Source of the DNA: an uncultured Bacteroidales bacterium
GTDB lineage: Bacteria > Bacteroidota > Bacteroidia > Bacteroidales > UBA10428
Assembly: GCA_964438935.1 (NCBI GenBank)
Contig: CAYTNC010000002.1
Coordinates: forward strand, 1-46,114
Direction of reading: 5' to 3'
Length of the DNA stretch: 46,114 nucleotides
A program made the translations under genes and the position numbers. Below the pieces are notes generated by a model. That model was not told the origin of the DNA. It saw only the letters and a list, made by a program, of their open reading frames with translations, and searched no databases. Positions 27,526 to 35,575 of this stretch are shown piece by piece. Each line of letters begins with the position of its first letter. The first letter of the stretch is position 1.

Positions 27526-28449
27526 ATGAAGCACGTATGCGCAATATTGCTGATAACTCTGTTAATTCTTGCAGGTTCATCATGCAAAAAGGTGAAGGAA
27601 TACTTCCAGGATCCCGACACAGGGAGCCTGACAGAGACATTTCAAACTGCTGTGACCACAGGATACGCTGCTTCCCTTGCCATTGCTACGGTTTCAGGCA
27701 GCTCTTTTCCGAATGTCACCACAATCCGCAGCAATGAAGGATATCCGTGTACTACCCTGATGCAGGTTGATCTTCAGTCTGATTCCGGGTTTCTCCCATC
27801 AAATGAGAGCGCATCCGGAATAACAATTGCCGCCTTGTGGGCCAACGAAACCTGCGGTATACTTACCCTTCTTTTCACCGATTACCAATCTGAAACTTCC
27901 ACGTTTGACCTGCTGGCCATTAAAACAATACCGGTAATCCTTGATGATGACGGACTGCTCAGGGTTGCTCTTGCCAGTCAGGACATCAGTCTGAATCCCG
28001 ACCAGAAATCAATTCTTCAGATCAACCTGAATACGCAGGAGATTGAAAGTGAGTACAAACGACTTGACCAACCTTATCCTAACGATGTGTATTTTGCCAT
28101 TGAACAGGATGCTTACCTGATTACGGTGGATCGAAATGGAACCCCTGCAGAGGCTCAGGACGATGCCTATAACATTACCGGCGGGGGGCAACTCATAGAG
28201 GTTGATAACCAGGATGCCGAAATTCTCCAGCAGGGATTATTGGATGTTGAAATTGCGTCATCCTGCAATAGGAACCCGGTTTCCGGCATGGCGCTAATCA
28301 GGGTGGTTGGTGTAAAGGGCAGCAAATTGCCTGAACTGGGCACCGCACTTCTGGAATTTTCAAGCAGATGTACCGGAACTGCAAGGGTAATGTTGGCCAC
28401 CGGGATGTATGCGGGTGCCAACAGTAAGGCCATTTCCCTGCAGCCATAA
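27526..28449 (+). CDS. hypothetical lipoprotein
   Basis: 307 aa with a lipobox (LILAGSSC). I recognise no domain. Confidence 0.6.
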   Translation: MKHVCAILLITLLILAGSSCKKVKEYFQDPDTGSLTETFQTAVTTGYAASLAIATVSGSSFPNVTTIRSNEGYPCTTLMQVDLQSDSGFLPSNESASGITIAALWANETCGILTLLFTDYQSETSTFDLLAIKTIPVILDDDGLLRVALASQDISLNPDQKSILQINLNTQEIESEYKRLDQPYPNDVYFAIEQDAYLITVDRNGTPAEAQDDAYNITGGGQLIEVDNQDAEILQQGLLDVEIASSCNRNPVSGMALIRVVGVKGSKLPELGTALLEFSSRCTGTARVMLATGMYAGANSKAISLQP

Positions 28450-28455
28450 TGCTTT

Positions 28456-28699
28456 ATGGCCACACAAAATTATTTATTGTTTTTTTTAAGTGCTTCATGG
28501 CTATGTGCGAAAACTATCGCTTATACCCGAAATGGGTTTGCACTGTTGTTTGTGTCTGATGACCAGGCTTGGTCATACAAACTGGATGCGGTTTTTGGTT
28601 TGGCTTGGGATTGGGTTGCTCTTCTACTTCACTTTTAGTGGAAAGAAAAGCAAATTAAATAAGGCAGGAATTAAAACTCACGGTACTCCGGAGCTGTAA
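28456..28699 (+). pseudogene. C-terminal fragment of an APC amino acid permease (5'-truncated, probably frameshifted)
   Basis: The frame of ORF 28490..28699 gives LSLIPEMGLHCCLCLMTRLGHTNWMRFLVWLGIGLLFYFTFSGKKSKLNK. This aligns without gaps to the last 50 aa of the intact permease at 6505..7950, with 21 of 50 identical by my count. The upstream frame (28456..) carries a TM-like LLFFLSASW...YTRNGF. Confidence 0.55.
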
Positions 28700-28763
28700 T
28701 CACCAGATAACCCAGAATGAACAGGGAAACTGCCGGAACCAGAACAAGAAGTAAAGTAGCCAT
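28671..28763 (-). CDS. 30-aa hydrophobic peptide (KdpF-like or other small membrane protein), speculative
   Basis: ATG at 28763 and TAA at 28671..28673, giving MATLLLVLVPAVSLFILGYLVITAPEYREF. A perfect -7 box lies about 35 nt upstream. It is below the ORF-track cutoff. Confidence 0.3.
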   Translation of the reverse strand: MATLLLVLVPAVSLFILGYLVITAPEYREF

Positions 28764-28797
28764 GATGAAATTTGTTAGGTTAAATGTAACTTGGTAT

Positions 28798-28851
28798 CAA
28801 ATATACGCATCTTCGTCAAAAAAAGTTGCATGTTCGTCAAATTTTTTTGCA
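28798..28851 (-). promoter_or_regulatory. consensus -7 box TATATTTG (28798..28805) plus two tandem 19-nt direct repeats (28812..28830 and 28833..28851)
   Basis: On the + strand the repeats read TTCGTCAAA-aaaag-TTGCA and TTCGTCAAA-ttttt-TTGCA, with a 21-nt period. They sit just upstream of the -7 box relative to the small - strand ORF. Confidence 0.4.
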
Positions 28852-28913
28852 CAAATTAACCTATTCAAACATAAGACATTATAATACATTGATATTTAGA
28901 TAGATAGAAAGAA

Positions 28914-31250
28914 TCAATTAGGTTCCGTCATGATTTTGATGCGGGTAAAGAGATTTCCGAAATTGTTCTTTGTTTCATCGTCAAAATCCTTGTATTGAAC
29001 TCCTTCTTTCTGAATTTTGGAAATAAAATCACTGGCCAGGATAATTCTAGAAAGGTTATTGTTGGTGATGTACTCACTGTTGCGGATGGTGATTCCGGTT
29101 CGCTGCTGGATGATAAACCTTTTCAGGTCAATTGTTGAAAACAGGTCCTCCACCCAGGGGAACCCCTGCATCAGTATGATTTTTTTATCGGAAAATTCAG
29201 GATGCGGGTAAAAGGTAGTGGCTTTCAGAAAGTCAATCATGCCTGTTCCGGCAGGAGTGTCAGCCAGAAGAATTCCGAAATCCAGCTTCCAGCCAAAAAA
29301 CACATTGGCCATAGCAGGCACGTTATCAGTACCATTCGATGGGATGAAATGAACCTGATTTTCAAGTCCGTATAGCTTAGCCATTGTATCCAGATAATGA
29401 AATGTAACGGCATCTTCAACAATCAGGTTGTTGCGGGGAAAAACAAATTGTCTGTCGTTCAACCTCGTACCCATCAAAGCATAAATGGGTGAAAGTGTAT
29501 CTGAAGAAGCTGTACTGAGGCTGCGGGCATCAAGAATCAGGGTTTCGCTCTTTTCATCAGAATCCCGGGCACGTTGCACGGCAATGATGCGGTATAATTT
29601 CTTCAGGTCGATCAGGTTGGGTGAATGGGTACAATAGATGATCTGGAGATTCTCTCGCAAATCTTCAAAAACCTTGAGTACATCTTCCTGAGCCCTGGCG
29701 TGAAGACTTAACCCAGGTTCATCAATCAGCATGACCCGGTCAATAGTATTCGATTTGGTAGTTGCCTTCAATTCGAGGTAAAACGAGAGAAACCACCTTA
29801 CTCCCCTGCTCCGCTGCTTAGGGTAAAGCCTTTCCTGTTTATCTTTGATCCAGAATTCCAGGTATGGTTTTCCGCTTTTCTCAGGATGGGTATTGTCGTA
29901 ATGTTCCAGTTCGAAGTGTATGCGGATTTTGTCATCTTTACCCACACTTTGCCGCCAGTAGTCCTGAAAATCAATAGTAATCTCGCTGTTGAGATTTTCA
30001 ATCTTCTGTTTCAGTATCCGGTGGTTTTTTTCTCTGAAAAAATCGGCATTCAAACCGGCCACGTATAAAAAATTCCGGGCAGCCTTATAACCCTCGGCGT
30101 GTATGTTTTCGCTCAGTAGATCTTCCAGGTCGATTTTATTGGGCAACAGGCTGCTGAAATCTTCAAAAAACTCAAACATGGGAACCTTTTTAAACAAGGC
30201 TGCGCCCATTTCCATTACAGTTGGGTAGTTGTTTTCAACATCCTGCTCATGAACAGCTTCCTGTTCAGCGTCCTTCAGTTTTTTTCCGGCCAGCACTTTT
30301 TCAGCAACACGCAGCCTGATATAATAGCGGATGGTGTGTTCGTTCAATAAATCTGCGATCAGGTTCCTGTTTTCCTTTAATTGAGCAAGCTGTTTACCCA
30401 ATGTTTTCAGTTCTCTTTCTCCTGAGCGAGTTTCATAGTGGTGTTCAGCATCCTGCAGCAGTGAGGATTTCTCCTTAAGCTCTTCAGTCAGTCCCGTAAC
30501 CCGGGCTGAAAGTTCCTGAACCTGTTTGCACACTGAGAGTTTTTCAGCAAGTTGCTGCATGTTATTTTTGGAATCTTCCTTGGTAATCAGTTGTTCTTTA
30601 AGATTGGTCTCGGCATCGGCAAGCTGCTTCAGGCAGGTTTCCAGTTCCTGCTGTGCCGTGATCTGCTCGTCGGGAGTTTTTGCCTTGCTCACGGTTCGCT
30701 TCAGCTGTTCTGATCTGGAATAGATTGAATTAAGATCGCCTCGGGCAATTGAAACCAGGTTTTCAGCCGATTCCAGGTCGCGTGCTGACAATTCTGCCTG
30801 TTTTCCAAGCTCGGAAACAGCAGCAGCAATTAAGGCTACCCTTTCGCTTCTCTTCTGATCCAGGTGCTGAAAAAAGTTGGTTATCTCAGGTTCGTTGACA
30901 GTAACAATATTTTTTCGGGAATCAATCCATTTTCGGGTGATGCAGATTTCAGTTTTGGTGAAAACGGCTTTTTGCAGTTCGTCGGGAAAACCTGAAAGGA
31001 TAAGGCAATCTGACGGCCAGGATTTTTCTTCGAACTGAAATGCACAGGTAATTTCCGGAAAGGTAAGGTCGCTCCTCAATACATCATCGGTAATACTACC
31101 TTCATAAAAGCTCCTAAGGGCTTCGAGAACTGATGTTTTGCCCGACTCGTTCTGACCTATAAGTGCCGTGATGTAATCAGGTGACAAATGACACCGGCCT
31201 GAATCAACGATGGAGCGGTAGTTTTTTATCTGAAACGCACTAATTTTCAT
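28914..31250 (-). CDS. ABC-type (AAA_15/OLD-like) ATPase with a long coiled-coil insertion and a Toprim/DUF4435-like C-terminal region
   Basis: 778 aa. Walker A is GQNESGKTS (aa 32-40). A heptad-rich, Glu/Lys/Gln-rich segment spans about aa 130-335. The signature-like region is QRSRGVRWFLSF (aa 479-490), Walker B is RVMLIDEPG (aa 505-513) and the H-loop is IIYCTHSP (aa 537-544). The tail has NLIVEDAV (Glu612) and GILLADTPAG (Asp664). Confidence 0.8.
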   Translation of the reverse strand: MKISAFQIKNYRSIVDSGRCHLSPDYITALIGQNESGKTSVLEALRSFYEGSITDDVLRSDLTFPEITCAFQFEEKSWPSDCLILSGFPDELQKAVFTKTEICITRKWIDSRKNIVTVNEPEITNFFQHLDQKRSERVALIAAAVSELGKQAELSARDLESAENLVSIARGDLNSIYSRSEQLKRTVSKAKTPDEQITAQQELETCLKQLADAETNLKEQLITKEDSKNNMQQLAEKLSVCKQVQELSARVTGLTEELKEKSSLLQDAEHHYETRSGERELKTLGKQLAQLKENRNLIADLLNEHTIRYYIRLRVAEKVLAGKKLKDAEQEAVHEQDVENNYPTVMEMGAALFKKVPMFEFFEDFSSLLPNKIDLEDLLSENIHAEGYKAARNFLYVAGLNADFFREKNHRILKQKIENLNSEITIDFQDYWRQSVGKDDKIRIHFELEHYDNTHPEKSGKPYLEFWIKDKQERLYPKQRSRGVRWFLSFYLELKATTKSNTIDRVMLIDEPGLSLHARAQEDVLKVFEDLRENLQIIYCTHSPNLIDLKKLYRIIAVQRARDSDEKSETLILDARSLSTASSDTLSPIYALMGTRLNDRQFVFPRNNLIVEDAVTFHYLDTMAKLYGLENQVHFIPSNGTDNVPAMANVFFGWKLDFGILLADTPAGTGMIDFLKATTFYPHPEFSDKKIILMQGFPWVEDLFSTIDLKRFIIQQRTGITIRNSEYITNNNLSRIILASDFISKIQKEGVQYKDFDDETKNNFGNLFTRIKIMTEPN

Positions 31251-31281
31251 TGATTTGGGAATTTTGCAAACAATTAGCTGG

Positions 31282-32121
31282 TCAGGTTGAGGTATTTAGG
31301 CGAAAACCGAATACTAATACGTCATCTACCTGCGGATGGTTTCCTTTCCAATTATCAAAAGTTTGTCTTATGCTTTTTTCCTGCTGATGTAAAGGTAACT
31401 GGCTAATTTCAACCAGGAGTTTTCTGAAAGACTCGTATTTGAATTTCTTTCCTGCAGCACCCCCAAATTGGTCAACAAAACCGTCAGAAAACAAGTACAA
31501 GGTATCATTTGCATCCAGTTCATACTGGTGATTGCTAAAAGACAGCTCTTCTTCTGCCCCAATGCCAACAGGCATCATGTCTCCGGCAATTTCGAAAAAG
31601 CTCTTGTTGCGGACAATGTAAACAGGGTTAAATGCACCGGCAAAGTTCAGTATTCCTTTTTTAAGATCAATCATACAAAGTGCAATGTCAATGCCATCAA
31701 GCTGATCTGAATCCTGCCCGGTTTGGCAAAGAGCTTCCATCACATGTTCCCGCATCTGGTTTAGAACAGAACCTGCATGCAAGTACGTGCCATGCATGAT
31801 GATTTCGTTTAAACAGGTGATGCCCAATATGCTCATGAAAGCGCCGGGAACTCCATGTCCCGTGCAATCTGCTACTGCAACAAACAAATTTTCGTTTCGT
31901 TTTGAAACGTAATAAAAATCGCCACTAACCACTTCCCTAGGCCTGTAGAATATAAAATGTTCCGGGATCCAACTGTTCAATACCTCAAGTGTCGGAAACA
32001 TGGCCTGCTGAATGCGGCTGGCGTATATCAGGCTTTCTTTCAGCTGAAGCTCCTGGTGCAATTTGAGTTCGTCCGGGGTGGGTTCCAGATCACCTTCCTG
32101 TTGCATCTTGTCGCTTTTCAT
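31282..32121 (-). CDS. stand-alone PP2C-type (SpoIIE/RsbU-like) serine phosphatase
   Basis: 279 aa with ASRIQQAMFP, VSGDFYYV, VADCTGHGVPGAFMS, DGIDIALCMID, LFSDGFVDQFG and DDVLVFGF, the metal-binding Asp motifs of the SpoIIE domain. Only about 30 aa precede the domain, so there is no sensor domain. Confidence 0.85.
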   Translation of the reverse strand: MKSDKMQQEGDLEPTPDELKLHQELQLKESLIYASRIQQAMFPTLEVLNSWIPEHFIFYRPREVVSGDFYYVSKRNENLFVAVADCTGHGVPGAFMSILGITCLNEIIMHGTYLHAGSVLNQMREHVMEALCQTGQDSDQLDGIDIALCMIDLKKGILNFAGAFNPVYIVRNKSFFEIAGDMMPVGIGAEEELSFSNHQYELDANDTLYLFSDGFVDQFGGAAGKKFKYESFRKLLVEISQLPLHQQEKSIRQTFDNWKGNHPQVDDVLVFGFRLNTST

Positions 32122-32142
32122 GCTGTATTGTGAAAACCTGAA

Positions 32143-34152
32143 TTAAAATGTGACCCCACTGTTTTTTATCAGGATCATGCTGCCATTTTGCGCCGATATC
32201 AACAAATTGTTCTTTTGGTCGGTAAGCAATTCAGCAGCCGTTATCCCCCGGGGAACAGGTGCAGCTTTCAACAGTTCACCGTTCGAAGTATTTACCCAAC
32301 AAATAAACTGGCTGGTGCTGCAGGTAACCAGCATAATCAGCTGGTTTAGGCTTCCATTGATGATCGTATTGATGTTCACTGGGATATCAGGCAGGGTGAT
32401 CTCTTTCTCAAAAACCGGTTTATTTTCCATGCTGGTTTTGATCAGGATCATCCTGTCGGCATTTCTTATTCCGGCAAACAAGAGCTCGCCCCTGGGCAGA
32501 ACCTGAGAAGCCAGCATGCTGTCTGTAGATTTGAACAAGGATTCCCAGGCAAGGTATCCACGAGGATCAATTTTGGCCCTCCAGAAGTTTCCTGTGATCA
32601 GGATTTTCTTGTCGGGACATTCTGAAATGCCGGTAATCTTACCATTTCCGGTATAAGTTCTGCCCCACAACCGCTTGCCCGATTCATTGAGCACTACCAC
32701 GGAATACTTGTTGCGCAGCGAATCATCAACCACGTAACCACCCAGGAAAATCGAGTTATTACTTGTGATGCGAAGTGTATTGATGTGCATTCTTCCCAGT
32801 TTTCGGCTCCATATGCGTTGACCGTCTGTCCCCAGTTTAAAAATCCAGGATTCACGCGACAGCGAATCCAATCCCAGCCAGGTATAGCCTGCCCCAACAA
32901 GTTCGTTTTTCCGGTTCATAGCCATCAGCCTGAGCTCGTCATTATATTGCTCACCCACGTATTTGTTCCAGATCATTTTGCCATCCTCGTTGGTTTTAAT
33001 CACCCAGGCATCTGTTGAACCCGTGTCGCTCCGGAAAACAGTACCCCCGGTAAAGTAAAAGTTGAGGGTATCAACAGCCAGGCACGATGTCATTTCTTCA
33101 TTTCCCTCTTCATCAAACGAGCGTGCCCATAGAATATTGTTAGTCGATAAGGGACTGGATGCCAAAATTTGCATGCCCTTATCCAGTGTTTTCAGGTTGA
33201 AAATATCTACATATTGCTGACCATCAGGATATCTACGGATAAATTCATTATAAGCTTCCAGGGTTTGTATTTTTTTTGCGTATTCATACAAAAGCTGTTT
33301 CTGGATCAGTTTTGCCTCAGCTATTTCAAGTGCATCGGGATATTCCGAGATGAAATCATCAAAAGCTTGGATGGTATTGAGCTGCCTGGTTTTTTCAAAA
33401 GCTACGGCATAGAGCTTTTTGATGGCCGAATTGTTTTCAACGGCTTCCGGGTAATTTTTCATAAAATCCTTGTAAGCCTCAACCGTGTTGATTCGGCAGG
33501 CCTGCTCAAAAGCCAGTTGATTCCGGTATCGTTTTGCTTTATCAATCTGTGCCGCGTCGGGGAACTTTTCAATGAATTCGAGATAACCCGAGAGTTGATT
33601 TAGTTTTTCATACTTTCTAAATTCCAATTGGTTGCGGATATGAATCACATTATCGTAATGTTTGAAATCGGGAAACTCATTTAAAACCCGGTAAACCAAT
33701 TCAAGGTTGTTTTCTTCGCGGATGTATTTGATTAGTTTGCCTTCGATAGTTTCAACGGCATAATCAATTTTCTTCTTAACGGGTCGTGGAATGTGCCTGG
33801 TTTCAGTATTATAGAAGTATTCTCCTATCAACTCAATTTCCTCTTCAGTCAGCTTATCCAGGTTACTTTTTAGCTGGCCGGTATATTTCCAGGCTGCAGG
33901 CAAATCAAAAAATGACGAAGAGTCATCGGCCATGATCAGGGCAATTCCCAGTAAAGCAGCAGGTTGATCCTTGTTCTCGGAAAGAGCGCTCCTAAAAAGC
34001 TCAATAGCCTTCACATGATCATCCTTTTCAAGCAGCTTGAACCCCCTTTTAATATTTTGTGCCTGTAAGTCAATAGAAAAAAGTACCAGAAAAAAAGCTA
34101 CAGCCAATGCCGGCAGTGTTTTTTTAATAAATGCAGTATTCATCATGAGCAT
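32143..34152 (-). CDS. secreted protein with helical-repeat N-terminal half and beta-propeller-like C-terminal half
   Basis: 669 aa with the signal peptide (ALAVAFFLVLFSIDLQAQ) and about five repeats of the form x-EAY-xx-F-xx-YPD. The C-terminal half has repeated G..W.. strands. Confidence 0.65.
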   Translation of the reverse strand: MLMMNTAFIKKTLPALAVAFFLVLFSIDLQAQNIKRGFKLLEKDDHVKAIELFRSALSENKDQPAALLGIALIMADDSSSFFDLPAAWKYTGQLKSNLDKLTEEEIELIGEYFYNTETRHIPRPVKKKIDYAVETIEGKLIKYIREENNLELVYRVLNEFPDFKHYDNVIHIRNQLEFRKYEKLNQLSGYLEFIEKFPDAAQIDKAKRYRNQLAFEQACRINTVEAYKDFMKNYPEAVENNSAIKKLYAVAFEKTRQLNTIQAFDDFISEYPDALEIAEAKLIQKQLLYEYAKKIQTLEAYNEFIRRYPDGQQYVDIFNLKTLDKGMQILASSPLSTNNILWARSFDEEGNEEMTSCLAVDTLNFYFTGGTVFRSDTGSTDAWVIKTNEDGKMIWNKYVGEQYNDELRLMAMNRKNELVGAGYTWLGLDSLSRESWIFKLGTDGQRIWSRKLGRMHINTLRITSNNSIFLGGYVVDDSLRNKYSVVVLNESGKRLWGRTYTGNGKITGISECPDKKILITGNFWRAKIDPRGYLAWESLFKSTDSMLASQVLPRGELLFAGIRNADRMILIKTSMENKPVFEKEITLPDIPVNINTIINGSLNQLIMLVTCSTSQFICWVNTSNGELLKAAPVPRGITAAELLTDQKNNLLISAQNGSMILIKNSGVTF

Positions 34153-34154
34153 TC

Positions 34155-35555
34155 TTATTTTTTGATCAGTGTGAATTCAACCCGGCGGTTTTGTGCTCTA
34201 CCGGCATCAGTTTGGTTGGTGTCAACCGGACGGCTCTCGCCATAACCTTTGGCGCGCATTCTTTCCGGTTTAACGCCCTGCGAGGAAAGGTAGGCCACCA
34301 CTGATGCAGCCCTGCCTTCCGAAAGTTTCTGGTTATAGGAATCGGAACCTTCACTGTCGGTATGACCAGATATTTCAATCAGCTGGATGTTCGCTTCCAG
34401 CATAAACTGAACCACCTTGTCGAGTTCCATATAGGAAGCCGGCAATAAATCGGTTTTGTTGAATTCAAAGAAAATATTTTCCAGCACCACGGCTGATCCT
34501 TCTTCAATGGCTTTGAGACCTTCCAGAAATTCGTCCTTCACAATCAATGGCTCAATAAACACAACCGTATCCGAGGAGCGACAGTTGTATTTATCCGAAG
34601 CCCGGTAAATATATTTCCCGGCAGGAAGATTTCGGAGTTCGGTTCCGGTTTGCTGGTTATTCCAGGTAACCAGGTACGGAGGGGTACCACCCAGCAGTCC
34701 GATGCGGATGCTGCCATCATTAATGATCCTGTTTACTTTTCCGGTGGAAAGATTCTGTCCACCCGTATAGCGGGTTTCAATTATCCGGCTTTCGAAATCG
34801 TGCAACACGCAGGGACAGTCCAGACAGTTTTCCAGCGGTAACACAGAAACGTCGTCGAAGTAATAATAAGCATAGGCTTTATTACGTAAATTAACCACGT
34901 TTTTGTCGGTTACTACATAATTGGTATTGTCGTAGTTTTTAAAGTTACCGATAATAAAGAAACGCTCATTGCCGGAGGCCGTATAAACCGTGCAAAATTC
35001 CTCCCACTGGTCAATGTTGTCAAGAAAGAGTCCTACCTTATTGGTTAACTGAGGCGTGTAGGAAAGGTTAATATTGACATTGTTATTCCGGATCTCTGTT
35101 TGGCCAAAATAAAGGCTCATCTGATCAACAGCGAAGCGAGAGTATGATGCCAGCTTGTAGTAAAAACGAACACAATATTGCTGATCCTTAATAAGTGGTG
35201 ATGACAGTGTTCCCTGGATGTACTCGCGATAGCTTTCTTCAGTTCCGCTCAAAATGGCACCCGCATAACCATCTCCACTGTGAGGTTCGCTTTCTCCGGC
35301 AAAATTTTTGGGAACCCCCACGTTTCTTTTACTGCAACGGTTAAAATAGTCGGGCGTAGCAATAGACGGGTAGGTCCAAAAGGGCACCAGCTTATGCGAT
35401 AGATCAGTTGGAGTATCGTCTTCCGGACATTTATCATATTTCTCAAAACCCGGATTCAGAACCAGATTTCGTTCCTGCGACTGCAGGTTGAAACAAGATG
35501 AGCCAGCCATGAAAAAGCAAATGGCAGCTAAAACAGGTTTAACATCCATAACCAA
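34155..35555 (-). CDS. OmpA-family protein with N-terminal jelly-roll-like and SprB-repeat-like modules
   Basis: The C-terminus has FEFNKTDLLP....ISGHTDSEGSDSYNQKLSEGRA....NRRVEF, the OmpA_C peptidoglycan-binding motifs. The middle has GGTPPYLVTWNN..G..L.NLPAGKY. Confidence 0.82.
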   Translation of the reverse strand: MVMDVKPVLAAICFFMAGSSCFNLQSQERNLVLNPGFEKYDKCPEDDTPTDLSHKLVPFWTYPSIATPDYFNRCSKRNVGVPKNFAGESEPHSGDGYAGAILSGTEESYREYIQGTLSSPLIKDQQYCVRFYYKLASYSRFAVDQMSLYFGQTEIRNNNVNINLSYTPQLTNKVGLFLDNIDQWEEFCTVYTASGNERFFIIGNFKNYDNTNYVVTDKNVVNLRNKAYAYYYFDDVSVLPLENCLDCPCVLHDFESRIIETRYTGGQNLSTGKVNRIINDGSIRIGLLGGTPPYLVTWNNQQTGTELRNLPAGKYIYRASDKYNCRSSDTVVFIEPLIVKDEFLEGLKAIEEGSAVVLENIFFEFNKTDLLPASYMELDKVVQFMLEANIQLIEISGHTDSEGSDSYNQKLSEGRAASVVAYLSSQGVKPERMRAKGYGESRPVDTNQTDAGRAQNRRVEFTLIKK

Positions 35556-35575
35556 ATTTTAAAACACAAGATAAG

